Positions 38,217 through 47,705 of a stretch of 64,000 nucleotides of DNA are shown here, one piece after another. The stretch comes from a bacterium (lineage in GTDB: Bacteria; Hinthialibacterota; Hinthialibacteria; Hinthialibacterales; Hinthialibacteraceae), in assembly GCA_963662285.2 (NCBI GenBank), contig CAXXMV010000001.1:32001-96000 (forward strand). The letters are read 5' to 3'. A program made the translations under genes and the position numbers. Positions within the stretch are counted from its first letter, which is position 1, and the number at the start of each line of letters is the position of its first letter. The notes beneath the pieces were generated by a model. It made no database searches and had not been told where the DNA came from. It worked only from the letters and a program-made list of their open reading frames with translations.

Positions 38217-40730
38217 CTATTCCCAAATCATCCAGTCTTCAACCGCTGTAACTACATCAGGAACCGGGATTCCTTCGCGGCCGGTTGGAATGGCGATTAG
38301 GCGTTGTTCGTAATATCTGAGCGGGTCGCTGGATAAACTATTTTTATAATAACTGCTGCATGCAAAAAGAGTTTTTGAATATTCTCCCCGGCCAAAAGCC
38401 AGGCCGCCCGATGAACCGATGTCATAAGTGAAGATGATTCTTTCGCCCTCAGGGCTTATTCTATATATATAGCCATAATCCTCATCGGTCACGTAAAGAA
38501 AACCGTCACGGTCAAAAGCCATACCCCGCAGCGCATTGGTGGAGAAATCATGATAGAGCGCAGCCGAGCCATCTGCTTGAATGCGGTAAATATTCGATTC
38601 TCCTACAGAGGCATTGCAGACTAATAATTCGCCATCCGGCGAAAAAGCCAGTCCGGTTGGATTGCGGACTGCTGAGGTATATTCCGTCCGCGTACCATCA
38701 GGAGCAATTTGCTCAACGATATCAGAACCTATTTGAGCAACTAGAAGATTGCCCTCCTTATCAAAGGTCATAGCGCTGGGGAAATTGAGATGATCCACAA
38801 AAGTTTCAGTGGCTCCACCGGGGAAAACTTTGACGATGCTATTGTTAACCGCGTTGGAGTAATAAAGCGTTCCTTCCTGGTCTATGGAGAGCGCGTTTGG
38901 CCCCAGCGTTCCGCCTTGGGTTGGAATGCCTTCAACCACAATTTCCATTGATCCGTCGAGTGCGTATTTACTTATCCGCCCCAGCGCCGAATCTGTGAGG
39001 TATAGGTTATTCTCTGTATCAACCGCCAATGCGTTGGGCATTCCTTCCATATCCGCGATGATTTTCGGAGCAGGCGCACTGAGCGGTACTGTTGAATTAT
39101 TAGCCCATGCCGCATCACTTACAGTCAGAAAGATTATTCCACCCGGCGTCGTCTCGACATCCAGTTCAACTGGTTTATCTTTTTCAATAGTAAACAAAAC
39201 CTCATCGCCGCTAAGATCGAAAACCATTGTGGCCGATAAGGGATAGGTGTCATCAGTGATAGCAGGCGTCGGGATTGAGATATGCACCCCAGCGGCGGAT
39301 GATGTAATGTCGATGAGATCGAAATCAATGTACGGCGCCGAGCGGTCGAATGTTGTTCCATGAGCCAATTGGATTACATAAACTCCGGTCAGCCTTTGGG
39401 TCATCTCCTGATCGGGTGAGGCGAATACCTGTATCCGGTATTGACCGGGGGCGGGCAGATCAATTCCACTGAGAATGGAGAAGACCCCGTCAACCGAATC
39501 GTCATTATAGAATACCATATTGCCTTGCATATCCATTATGCGAACCGCCGGATCAAGAAAATGCGCAGTGGGAGTCACCAGCACAGAGTAATCCTGTCCC
39601 TCTTCAGCGGTAAACAGATAACTGTCTTCGTCGCCAATAGGGCCGATTACTCCACCGAAAATAGAGCCATGCTCTAGCGCTATATCCTCTTCTTCATCTT
39701 CACGCATGTTGACCTCGACCTCAGTGTATCCGAGCATATCAGCGCCGACGCCCATGACTAGCAGATAGAGCGTATCATCTTCCACCGGAGTGAATCCCTG
39801 GATGAAAGCGGCTGGGTAGTCCTCCCGCGCTTCACTACTGGCGATAACATTTAATCTACTATCAGTCAAAGCAATAAGCGGGTAGAAATCGTCTATGGCG
39901 TATGCAGCAAAGTCGTAGACCTCATCGGTTTTTAAGGGAATCTGGTAAATACGCATATCACCGAAAATGCTGATCTCTTCATCGGAGATAAAGGGAGGAT
40001 TATAAAGCGGCGCCGAATGCGCCAGCATAGTATATGGACCGGTTGAATTGCTATATGCTCCATATAAAATAATCTGGTAGGTTCCATTCTCTTCCGGAGT
40101 AATCAGCAGAGTTGATCCGGTTCCGAAAAAATCATTATTATCCGCGACTACTTCTCCGGCTGCATTCATAACCTGGATATACGAATCCAAAATGCTTGAT
40201 GGGGTAGAGACCGTCAATAAAACTGGATTCCCCTTACGCACTGAGAGCGAGAAAGTATCCGCGTCATCTGCATTAGTTATGATTCCATCCACGCTTTGAT
40301 TTACGCTTAGAGGCCTATCATTCGCTTCATCTCCATCAAATTGACGAACGATAAAAGAGAAATCCATATCAACCTCTAAGAGTTTGTGAATTTTAATTGT
40401 GTACAGCCCTGATACAGGAACCTGAGTGAATATATACGCCCCGGCGAAATAGGGAAAATTCACAAATTCGTTGGATGCGATAATCTCGTCATTAATGTCC
40501 AATAAATCTAATCTAATGGGGTAATCACGTTCATCCACGTTTAAGGTTATTTCCAGCCATTTGCCGGATTGGGCTTCAACCGTATAAATCATTCTTGCTT
40601 GACTTGCCAGCATTGTTCCCTGATATTCCTGATCAAAGCTGACATAAGTTTGCGATAGAGCGCTTTGACTTAGAAATACAACCACTAACGTCATAAGCAG
40701 CCCATTGATTCGTTGCGTAGGTATATTCAT
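38217..40730 (-). CDS. secreted protein with pre-peptidase C-terminal (PPC)-like repeats and NHL/SMP-30-like propeller
   Basis: Signal peptide; DADTFS/DEDSYLF..LDP..YNDD repeats; PNALAVD, PTGLAFSPDG repeats; tail TAVEDWMIWE. Confidence 0.8.
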   Translation of the reverse strand: MNIPTQRINGLLMTLVVVFLSQSALSQTYVSFDQEYQGTMLASQARMIYTVEAQSGKWLEITLNVDERDYPIRLDLLDINDEIIASNEFVNFPYFAGAYIFTQVPVSGLYTIKIHKLLEVDMDFSFIVRQFDGDEANDRPLSVNQSVDGIITNADDADTFSLSVRKGNPVLLTVSTPSSILDSYIQVMNAAGEVVADNNDFFGTGSTLLITPEENGTYQIILYGAYSNSTGPYTMLAHSAPLYNPPFISDEEISIFGDMRIYQIPLKTDEVYDFAAYAIDDFYPLIALTDSRLNVIASSEAREDYPAAFIQGFTPVEDDTLYLLVMGVGADMLGYTEVEVNMREDEEEDIALEHGSIFGGVIGPIGDEDSYLFTAEEGQDYSVLVTPTAHFLDPAVRIMDMQGNMVFYNDDSVDGVFSILSGIDLPAPGQYRIQVFASPDQEMTQRLTGVYVIQLAHGTTFDRSAPYIDFDLIDITSSAAGVHISIPTPAITDDTYPLSATMVFDLSGDEVLFTIEKDKPVELDVETTPGGIIFLTVSDAAWANNSTVPLSAPAPKIIADMEGMPNALAVDTENNLYLTDSALGRISKYALDGSMEIVVEGIPTQGGTLGPNALSIDQEGTLYYSNAVNNSIVKVFPGGATETFVDHLNFPSAMTFDKEGNLLVAQIGSDIVEQIAPDGTRTEYTSAVRNPTGLAFSPDGELLVCNASVGESNIYRIQADGSAALYHDFSTNALRGMAFDRDGFLYVTDEDYGYIYRISPEGERIIFTYDIGSSGGLAFGRGEYSKTLFACSSYYKNSLSSDPLRYYEQRLIAIPTGREGIPVPDVVTAVEDWMIWE

Positions 40731-41130
40731 TTTCTGCTAAACCTTTTTATATAATCCAAGACCAATCAATTTTTTAGAACGCTACTAAATCAATACTTTA
40801 AACCAAAACAGGGGATTGTGTAATACATTTTTGTAAAGTTTTGTCTGTAGTTAAAAAAATATTGACAATGTCGTATCTTCATGAGAGACAGGTCTGGGCT
40901 AAATCCCGATGTTGGTTACTAATGTACACGAGTGAAACACCCTCCGAATTTGTTACCCGCTCGGTTCTTTGCCATATCATCAAAACGAATTTATTCGGTT
41001 TCGGGAATGATTGGATAACGCAATTAATTCTGAAGAAACAAAAAAACGCTGACAATCCTGCAATTCTTGGTAAGACAGGTTAAAATGAACTTATGACTGT
41101 CGAGATATAATTCATGTTCATATAATTCCA

Positions 41131-41168
41131 ATCAAAAAAATCCCCCTGAAATGGGGGATTTTTTTGAT
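41131..41168. terminator. bidirectional intrinsic terminator
   Basis: atcaaaaaaatccccc-tgaaat-gggggatttttttgat. Confidence 0.85.
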
Positions 41169-41223
41169 GAAATATTTTTAATACAGTATATAGTTCAATA
41201 TTTCAAATTACCCAATTAACAAA

Positions 41224-42303
41224 TTAACGTTGACGTCGTTCTACGGCGGCCATTCGGTATCTGAACTTTTGCTCGTCTGCTGTTTCGGACTCTTGGTCAG
41301 GCGTTGATTCGACTGTTGCTTTAGGAGAAGGTGATTCTTCTTTTGGGCGCCGTTGCGAAAAGAGTTCTTCCAAATGCTCAATTATGGAAGTTGTTTCATC
41401 TTCTTTTTTCTTCAGAACGGATTGTTCTTTTTTTACGACTACAAGTTCTTTCTCTCTTACATCTAATTGCATAGACTTGTCGCTCAACGATAATTCGTAA
41501 TTTATCTTTTTTTCACCCTCAGCGCTTTTTAAGAGAGATTTCATAGTTTCAATATTAGTACGCAAATCGTGGGTCTCTTCCTGCAGTACTCCTTCACGCT
41601 GGGCGACCAGATAACGATGCGTGCTCAGAATACTTTTTTTATCACGTTGCAAATCCACTCGTATAGAACTGGATTCATGCGTATCTGATTCCAAACCACG
41701 GCTTAACCGGACATATTTATGCTTCATCCCGGCCAGATCTTGAGCAATCCGGGCGGCTTCTTCACGTTTACCCATTTTTTGCAGGTTGAGCAGTTCACCC
41801 ATTTTATTTTCGAAGGCGTCAAGAATCGGTTCATTGGTTCGAACCAGTTTCATACGGTCATCAATGGTTTTGAGTGAACCAAGTTGAAAATTTACTTGTC
41901 GACCAAGACGAATAAGATTGGGTTCAATACGTTGGATTTCACTTACAGGGATTAATTTTTTATCTCGATATTGATGAAGAGTGTTATGCGCCAGGATGAA
42001 GAGGACTTTTATTTCCTGCTCTAATATGCGGCGGTCTCCCCGCAGAGCATTATGAATAGATTGTTTGAGGTTTTCATTTTCATTTTCGGAAGGTTGTAGA
42101 TAAGCTTCAGCTTCGTCTGCTGTCATCCAAGTGACTACGCCATTGTCAACAACTCGCACAAGTTCATTAGGATTAGTCCGGTTTTGTTGGAAAGTATCAG
42201 TGACGACTTTTTCCAAAAAACCTTCTAACTTAGATAGAGATATATCTTCCGGATTTCCACCGAATATATCATCAAATGAAATAGTGACGCCATTGGTATC
42301 CAT
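41224..42303 (-). CDS. hypothetical coiled-coil protein (paralog A)
   Basis: Long ORF with RBS GGAG and heptad-rich C-terminal half; aligns by eye along its length with 42390-43517. Confidence 0.85.
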   Translation of the reverse strand: MDTNGVTISFDDIFGGNPEDISLSKLEGFLEKVVTDTFQQNRTNPNELVRVVDNGVVTWMTADEAEAYLQPSENENENLKQSIHNALRGDRRILEQEIKVLFILAHNTLHQYRDKKLIPVSEIQRIEPNLIRLGRQVNFQLGSLKTIDDRMKLVRTNEPILDAFENKMGELLNLQKMGKREEAARIAQDLAGMKHKYVRLSRGLESDTHESSSIRVDLQRDKKSILSTHRYLVAQREGVLQEETHDLRTNIETMKSLLKSAEGEKKINYELSLSDKSMQLDVREKELVVVKKEQSVLKKKEDETTSIIEHLEELFSQRRPKEESPSPKATVESTPDQESETADEQKFRYRMAAVERRQR

Positions 42304-42389
42304 ACCGGCTCCAATGATCTCCTGTATTTATATGGTTTTCAAGACGAAAATGAAACTCAAGGTGTGGAATCTAAACTGTTTACCCTATT

Positions 42390-43517
42390 TTATCGTTTAC
42401 GAACATGCATTCCGATAGACTTTTTCTTTTCTATAGCTGCATTTGCTGAGCCAGCTTGTTTGGGTTTGGCTTTCATTGATTCTTTCTGCAACTGCGCTTG
42501 AACATTCATTTTTGAATCAGTTTCGCCAAGCACCTGTTCAGAAATCGTTTCAATTACTGCATCGACGCTGGCTACTTGATGGTCAATAATCGCGCTTTCA
42601 TGTTTAAGAGTTTCTAACTCTGTTTCTCTTTCATTAATAACCTGTTTTACTTCTTTAACTTTCTCTTCATCATAGAGATCCTGGCGGTCTATCAATGCGG
42701 CAGCCGTACCCTGCCCGGCGAATTCGGCTTCTTTAGTCTGAGATTGTACTAAATTGATGCTGTTTTTTAAATCATTCAGTTCTAACACCAGCGAATCCTT
42801 GCGGGTTGAGCATAGTTCATTCTGGGTGTTTAGAAGCCGTTTTTTGGTTTTCTGAAGACTTAAGCGATGGTAATAGATGGTTTTTACATCTGGTTCGATA
42901 GATCTTGTTATGAGGATGTAACTTTTCTTCTTGACAGCAAGAACTTTGGCTATTTCAGTAGCAGCTTCCATATTCCCGGTGGATTTTACTTTTAACAACT
43001 GCCCCATCAATTCTTCAAATTCTTGAATCACCGGATTGCGACGTCTTTTGTCATTGACAATGGCTTCGCTCTCCGATGTCTGATTGACGCCCTCTTGAAT
43101 CTCATATTGCCGTCGTTGCAAGCCCGGTTCAATGCGTTTGATTTCATCGGGAGGAATTGCATCGTTCTCTTTGAATTTTTCGAGGGTGTAGTGGCCTAAA
43201 GCTAAAAGGATTTCTAATTCCTGCCGTATATTTTTTAATTCACCTTTTAATGCCGCTTCAATGTCTTTCCGTAAATTTGATTTACTGCCGCTTTCCTGTA
43301 GATACTCAGACGCCTGTTCCTGGGTCATCCAGGTTACTCTTCCATTATGTACAACACGCACCAAGGCAGTTGGACTGACTTTCGCTTGTTCAGAAGCAAT
43401 GTCAACTATTTTATTCAAGAACGCTTCTACGCGTTCCATAGATAAGGCGCCATTGCTCGATCCGCAAAGATCCTCAAATGATATGCCTGCACAGTTTTGT
43501 AAATTGAATTCACTCAT
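42390..43517 (-). CDS. hypothetical coiled-coil protein (paralog B)
   Basis: Shares ISFxD, LVRVVxNGxVTWMT and EIxRIEP with paralog A. Confidence 0.85.
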   Translation of the reverse strand: MSEFNLQNCAGISFEDLCGSSNGALSMERVEAFLNKIVDIASEQAKVSPTALVRVVHNGRVTWMTQEQASEYLQESGSKSNLRKDIEAALKGELKNIRQELEILLALGHYTLEKFKENDAIPPDEIKRIEPGLQRRQYEIQEGVNQTSESEAIVNDKRRRNPVIQEFEELMGQLLKVKSTGNMEAATEIAKVLAVKKKSYILITRSIEPDVKTIYYHRLSLQKTKKRLLNTQNELCSTRKDSLVLELNDLKNSINLVQSQTKEAEFAGQGTAAALIDRQDLYDEEKVKEVKQVINERETELETLKHESAIIDHQVASVDAVIETISEQVLGETDSKMNVQAQLQKESMKAKPKQAGSANAAIEKKKSIGMHVRKR

Positions 43518-44011
43518 AAGTTAGAGTACATCCACAATTTATCTACTTTATATAATAATCAATTATATAATATTTATGAACTTAAGTTAAGTACTTTTTT
43601 ATTGTTTCTGCGTGTTCATCAATATATATTATAATGTGGATCATTGGGTGATCTTGATGACGCTAGTTCCTGAAAAACCAGATTTTAAACATATAATCAA
43701 GAGCCGTCAATTTGCGAACAAAAAAAATTAGAACGGATAATCAGTAGAACTCTTACAAATGATATGCGATAATCTATATATAAACAAGCATTGAATCAAT
43801 ATATTTCTTTTAGGATTCTTGATGTCAATCGATCCTTATTTTAAAGGTATTATTAGACAAATTGATATAATCCCCTATAATGTTTAAGGATGCGAAGTTC
43901 CATTAGAGCGATAATGGCCTTATAAAAACGTTGTAAAAGTAATATCTTAAGTTAATTCTACGGAAATTTGGAAGAATATCCTTTTTCCTTTTTGCCCAAA
44001 AAGAGTGAAAT

Positions 44012-44770
44012 ATGATTCGTATTGAGCACTTATCCAAAAATTATGGTAATATTAATGCATTAAGCGACTTATCTCTTAATATCTCTACTGGAGAATTTTT
44101 CGGATTTCTTGGCCCAAATGGAGCGGGAAAAACCACAACAATCAAGATTATTGCTGGATTGTTACAGCCATCATCCGGTCAAGTGGTGCTTAGCGGTGAT
44201 GGAACTGGTGAATATGATATTTCCCTTGAAGCAGAAAAAGCTAAAGCGCTGACTGGTTATATTCCTGACCGGCCTTATTTGTACGAAAAATTGACTGGAT
44301 ATGAATATGTTCATTTCGTGGGAGGATTATATAACGTCCCCCGCAAGGAGATTGATGAGCATATAAAAGAGTATTTCAAGTTATTCGACTTACTAGATGC
44401 GGCGCATTACTTGATTGAATCTTATTCTCATGGCATGCGCCAGAAAGCCGTAATGACTGGCGCATTAGTCCATAATCCTAAAGTCCTGGTGGTTGATGAA
44501 CCAATGGTGGGGCTTGATCCACGCAGCAGTCGGTTGGTGAAGGATTTACTGAAACGCAAAAGCCGGGAAGGCATGACCATTTTTCTCTCTACCCATACCC
44601 TGGATGTGGCTGAAGAACTATGCGACCGTATTGGAATCATCCAAAGAGGTCATCTGATTGCCCTGGGAACTATGGAAGAATTAAGAAGCTTGGCTAAAGA
44701 AGAGGTTTCCGACTTGCGTCTTGAATCAGTATTCCTTAAACTAACCGAAGAAGAGGTCGATATTATATAG
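44012..44770 (+). CDS. ABC-2 type transporter ATP-binding protein
   Basis: GPNGAGKTT, YSHGMRQK, VVDEP, STH. Confidence 0.95.
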   Translation: MIRIEHLSKNYGNINALSDLSLNISTGEFFGFLGPNGAGKTTTIKIIAGLLQPSSGQVVLSGDGTGEYDISLEAEKAKALTGYIPDRPYLYEKLTGYEYVHFVGGLYNVPRKEIDEHIKEYFKLFDLLDAAHYLIESYSHGMRQKAVMTGALVHNPKVLVVDEPMVGLDPRSSRLVKDLLKRKSREGMTIFLSTHTLDVAEELCDRIGIIQRGHLIALGTMEELRSLAKEEVSDLRLESVFLKLTEEEVDII

Positions 44771-44893
44771 TATCTATCTCAATAATTGGCTTATATTTAT
44801 TTTATGTTTATAATGCTTTTGGATAAGCATTTGAGTTTTTTGTAATAATATTTCGCGGTTGATAACGATTAAATTTCACAACCGCTCTAAGAC

Positions 44894-45460
44894 ATGCGAC
44901 CTATGGCTACAATACGACCTGATCAACCAACCGATACTATCAAGTTTATCTCTTCACGTTTTGGAGAGATAGAACTGCCTGATTCGGAAATCCTGACCAT
45001 GCCGGAAGGTTTGTTAGGTTTCAATCATTTGAAACGGTACGCCATTTTAAAGGATCCGGATGAAGAGCCGTTTATCTGGCTGCAATCCATTGATGAAGCA
45101 GATCTATCGTTTGTGGTTGTCGATCCTTTCATTTTTTTTCCGGGATATGAAATTCAAGTAAAAACCAATGAACTAAGTTCCATTATGTTGGATGACTTGG
45201 ATAAAGCTACGGTGTTGGGCATTGTTACCGTTCCGGAAGATCCCATGAATTTGACTGCAAATCTTCGTGGTCCATTAGTAGTGAATACCGAATGCAAACT
45301 AGCTAAACAGTTTGTTTTAATTGATGATAGATATCACACTAAGCATTTTCTTTTGAAAGATATTCCACCCTATTTGGCCGTTCCACCTGATACGCAAAGA
45401 CGTACGATAGGCGCATCGAGTCAAAAGGGGAGTGGGAAACAACATGAACCATTGGCTTGA
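44894..45460 (+). CDS. fliW: flagellar assembly factor / CsrA antagonist FliW
   Basis: SRFGEI, PEGLLGF, FIWLQS, FVVVDPF, TANLRGPLVVN; directly upstream of csrA. Confidence 0.95.
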   Translation: MRPMATIRPDQPTDTIKFISSRFGEIELPDSEILTMPEGLLGFNHLKRYAILKDPDEEPFIWLQSIDEADLSFVVVDPFIFFPGYEIQVKTNELSSIMLDDLDKATVLGIVTVPEDPMNLTANLRGPLVVNTECKLAKQFVLIDDRYHTKHFLLKDIPPYLAVPPDTQRRTIGASSQKGSGKQHEPLA

Positions 45461-45520
45461 ATAGCCTCTGGTTGTGAAGCGCATACATAGTCCAATAGAC
45501 TTTGGGCATTGGAGGCCCGC

Positions 45521-45778
45521 ATGCTGGTTTTAAGCCGGAAGCGCGATGAAAGCATCATCATCGGAGATGATGTTGTTATTACGATAGTGGATATTAAAGG
45601 GGAGCAGGTGAAAATCGGCGTCGCCGCACCCAAGACTGTATCTATTCATCGTAAGGAAATTTATGAAGCCATCCAACAGGAAAACCGGGCGGCGGCGAAT
45701 ACTAAAATTCAAAACCTGAGCGGCCTGGTTACTGTTCTGAGAAAGCAAAAAAATCCCGCTGCCGAGTCAACTGACTGA
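45521..45778 (+). CDS. csrA: carbon storage regulator CsrA
   Basis: RBS GGAGG; MLVLSRKRDESIIIGDD...VKIGVAAPK..IHRKEIY. Confidence 0.97.
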   Translation: MLVLSRKRDESIIIGDDVVITIVDIKGEQVKIGVAAPKTVSIHRKEIYEAIQQENRAAANTKIQNLSGLVTVLRKQKNPAAESTD

Positions 45779-45882
45779 ATTATTCATTCCTGATTATCCA
45801 ATTTTCCTTCGATCTTATCTAAATTTTAATGTTTATTAACTTTTTTTATTTGTATATAGGCAGAATAATGCAAATCACATTG

Positions 45883-46218
45883 TTATTGTGCGTGAATTGT
45901 TGAATGTTTTAATCGATTTATTGTTGATGAATTATTTTTTATTGAATAAACGTCAGAATTTCCCCCTACGATTGTTCTCTTTTTTGGTTGATATACTTGA
46001 TGAATTGGTTTTACTGGTGGAGATATCATTGAAACTGGTTTGATTGTTTTTAACTGCATTTTGGTTGCTGTACAGAATAAACGGAATAGCGCGTTTGATT
46101 CGGGGGAATCGGGATCGTAGCGTTTGTTTAAGTTATCAGAAATCTTCATGATGCAGTTAAAAAACGTGTCAATGATTTGCTCATCGAATCTGGCAATGGC
46201 TTCGGTTGTGATAGACAT
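45883..46218 (-). CDS. hypothetical protein
   Basis: RBS AGGAG before ATG 46218 (MSITTEAIARFDEQ); sigma-54 promoter upstream. Confidence 0.6.
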   Translation of the reverse strand: MSITTEAIARFDEQIIDTFFNCIMKISDNLNKRYDPDSPESNALFRLFCTATKMQLKTIKPVSMISPPVKPIHQVYQPKKRTIVGGNSDVYSIKNNSSTINRLKHSTIHAQ

Positions 46219-46266
46219 TTTAGTTCTCCTGAGTACTATTTTTATAAAACTCCAGTACGCAATATG

Positions 46267-46282
46267 GCAAGAAGCGTGCCAA
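46267..46282 (-). promoter_or_regulatory. sigma-54 (-24/-12) promoter
   Basis: TTGGCACGCTTCTTGC matches TGGCAC-N5-TTGC, about 50 nt upstream of ATG 46218. Confidence 0.75.
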
Positions 46283-46452
46283 TTAGGGGACTTTTGTTCA
46301 GTTGGTGGGGATGAAGGCGCTTGTTTTTTGTCTGAATCTGGATGGTCAGGATAGAAGGATGGGTAGGATTTTGTTGTATCTGAAGTGTAACCGGTGCGCA
46401 AGATATTTTCTGCGCCCCGGTTGTTATCTCATTCGTTTTGCGGTTTATTCGG

Positions 46453-47323
46453 TTATTGTTGGGTTTGCTTTTCCATTTTTTCAATCGGCGGCAAGAGCCA
46501 GTTTTCTTTGTTGGCTTCCCACCATTTCAAACAATATTCGCTCATCTTGTCAGCAGCGACGCCCGCATCATCGGCGGATTTCTGTAAGGCGTCGTCTGTC
46601 CAGTAATTTATAGCGGCGATCAGGTCTGTGTCGCCTTCTCGGATTTTCTCGATGGCTAAAGGTAAAGCGAGTACGCCCAAGTCTAGAAATTGTTGATACG
46701 ATGTTCTTTTATGTGGACGTAATTTTTCTTTTTCGGCTCCTTCAGGCATTGCTTTCCAACTCTTCATAGCATTGCGGTAACCTTCAGGATCACCCTTGTA
46801 CTTTTTAGTATGATCATTAACAAAACCTGTCTTGAATTTTGATTCAGATATTTCCTGTTTCCAATCCGAGTATTTCTTTGTAAAACGTTCTTTTATTTTC
46901 GGTCTTCCACCATTCCAAATACTTTGTTGTGGCTGGAATAGAATCTACGAATATAAATATATCTCTAGGAGAAATTTTACATATTTTATTTACAGCCACT
47001 ATTAAGGCGCCACCAAAAAATCCCCTATTACCTTCAATTTTCTCGAAGATTAAAGGTAATGCAGGAATCCCTAATTCTACAATGGCATCAAATTCCTCAT
47101 AATTTTCAGCAAATGTGGAAAAAGCACTTGATGCGAATTCAGGATCATTACGCACGCGATGTTCCCATTTCTGGTAAAGTTCTTCAAAGATTGCTTCATT
47201 CTTTTCTGTTTCCATATCAGAAAATCCATTATGCGAAACAACCATGCAAAAACTGAATATAATCAACATAAAAACTGATATACTCATTTTTGATTTTTTG
47301 AATAACACTTTTATTTTGTTCAT
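46453..47323 (-). pseudogene. secreted hypothetical protein with two internal repeats, frameshifted near 46905
   Basis: ORFs 46844-47323 and 46453-46767 share LGxxALPLxxEKI and YxxWW..NK; the second frame is open upstream to about 46915 (GRPKIKERFTKKYSDWK...). Confidence 0.65.
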
Positions 47324-47367
47324 CGATACACTCCTTTTTCAGATATTTCCAAGTTGAGTATACCTCA

Positions 47368-47675
47368 TAACCGGGGCGCAGTAGAAACGTTGCATCCCAG
47401 GCTCTTCGCCCTTGCCACCCATCCTTAAGTGATTTAAAACCCCCCTCTGACTCCCCCCAGGCTTGGGGGGAGAATTCTTCTTGATAGCGGTTATGCTTTA
47501 GACAAGGGGATATCCATGTGATTAGGTGGCTACGGTGGTGGGCTACGCTTCGCTTTTAGCCCACCCTACGCGTAGGTGAACTCAATCAAGGGCTGAGCGC
47601 AATGCGCTCTTGCCCTTGGCGCCCATGCGTAGGTGACTTGATCAAGGGCAGAAAAAACACTGCCCTTGGCGCCCA
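47368..47675. repeat. dense cluster of REP-like palindromes of several families
   Basis: Elements at 47440-47475, 47537-47569, 47586-47625 and 47642-47675. Confidence 0.85.
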
Positions 47676-47705
47676 TGATTACGCAATCATACCTTAAATA
47701 AGCAA

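Noticed and set aside
44894-45778. fliW-csrA as a novel system
   Set aside because: Well-characterised partner-switching module; the only note is that no flagellin, flgK or flgL gene is adjacent.
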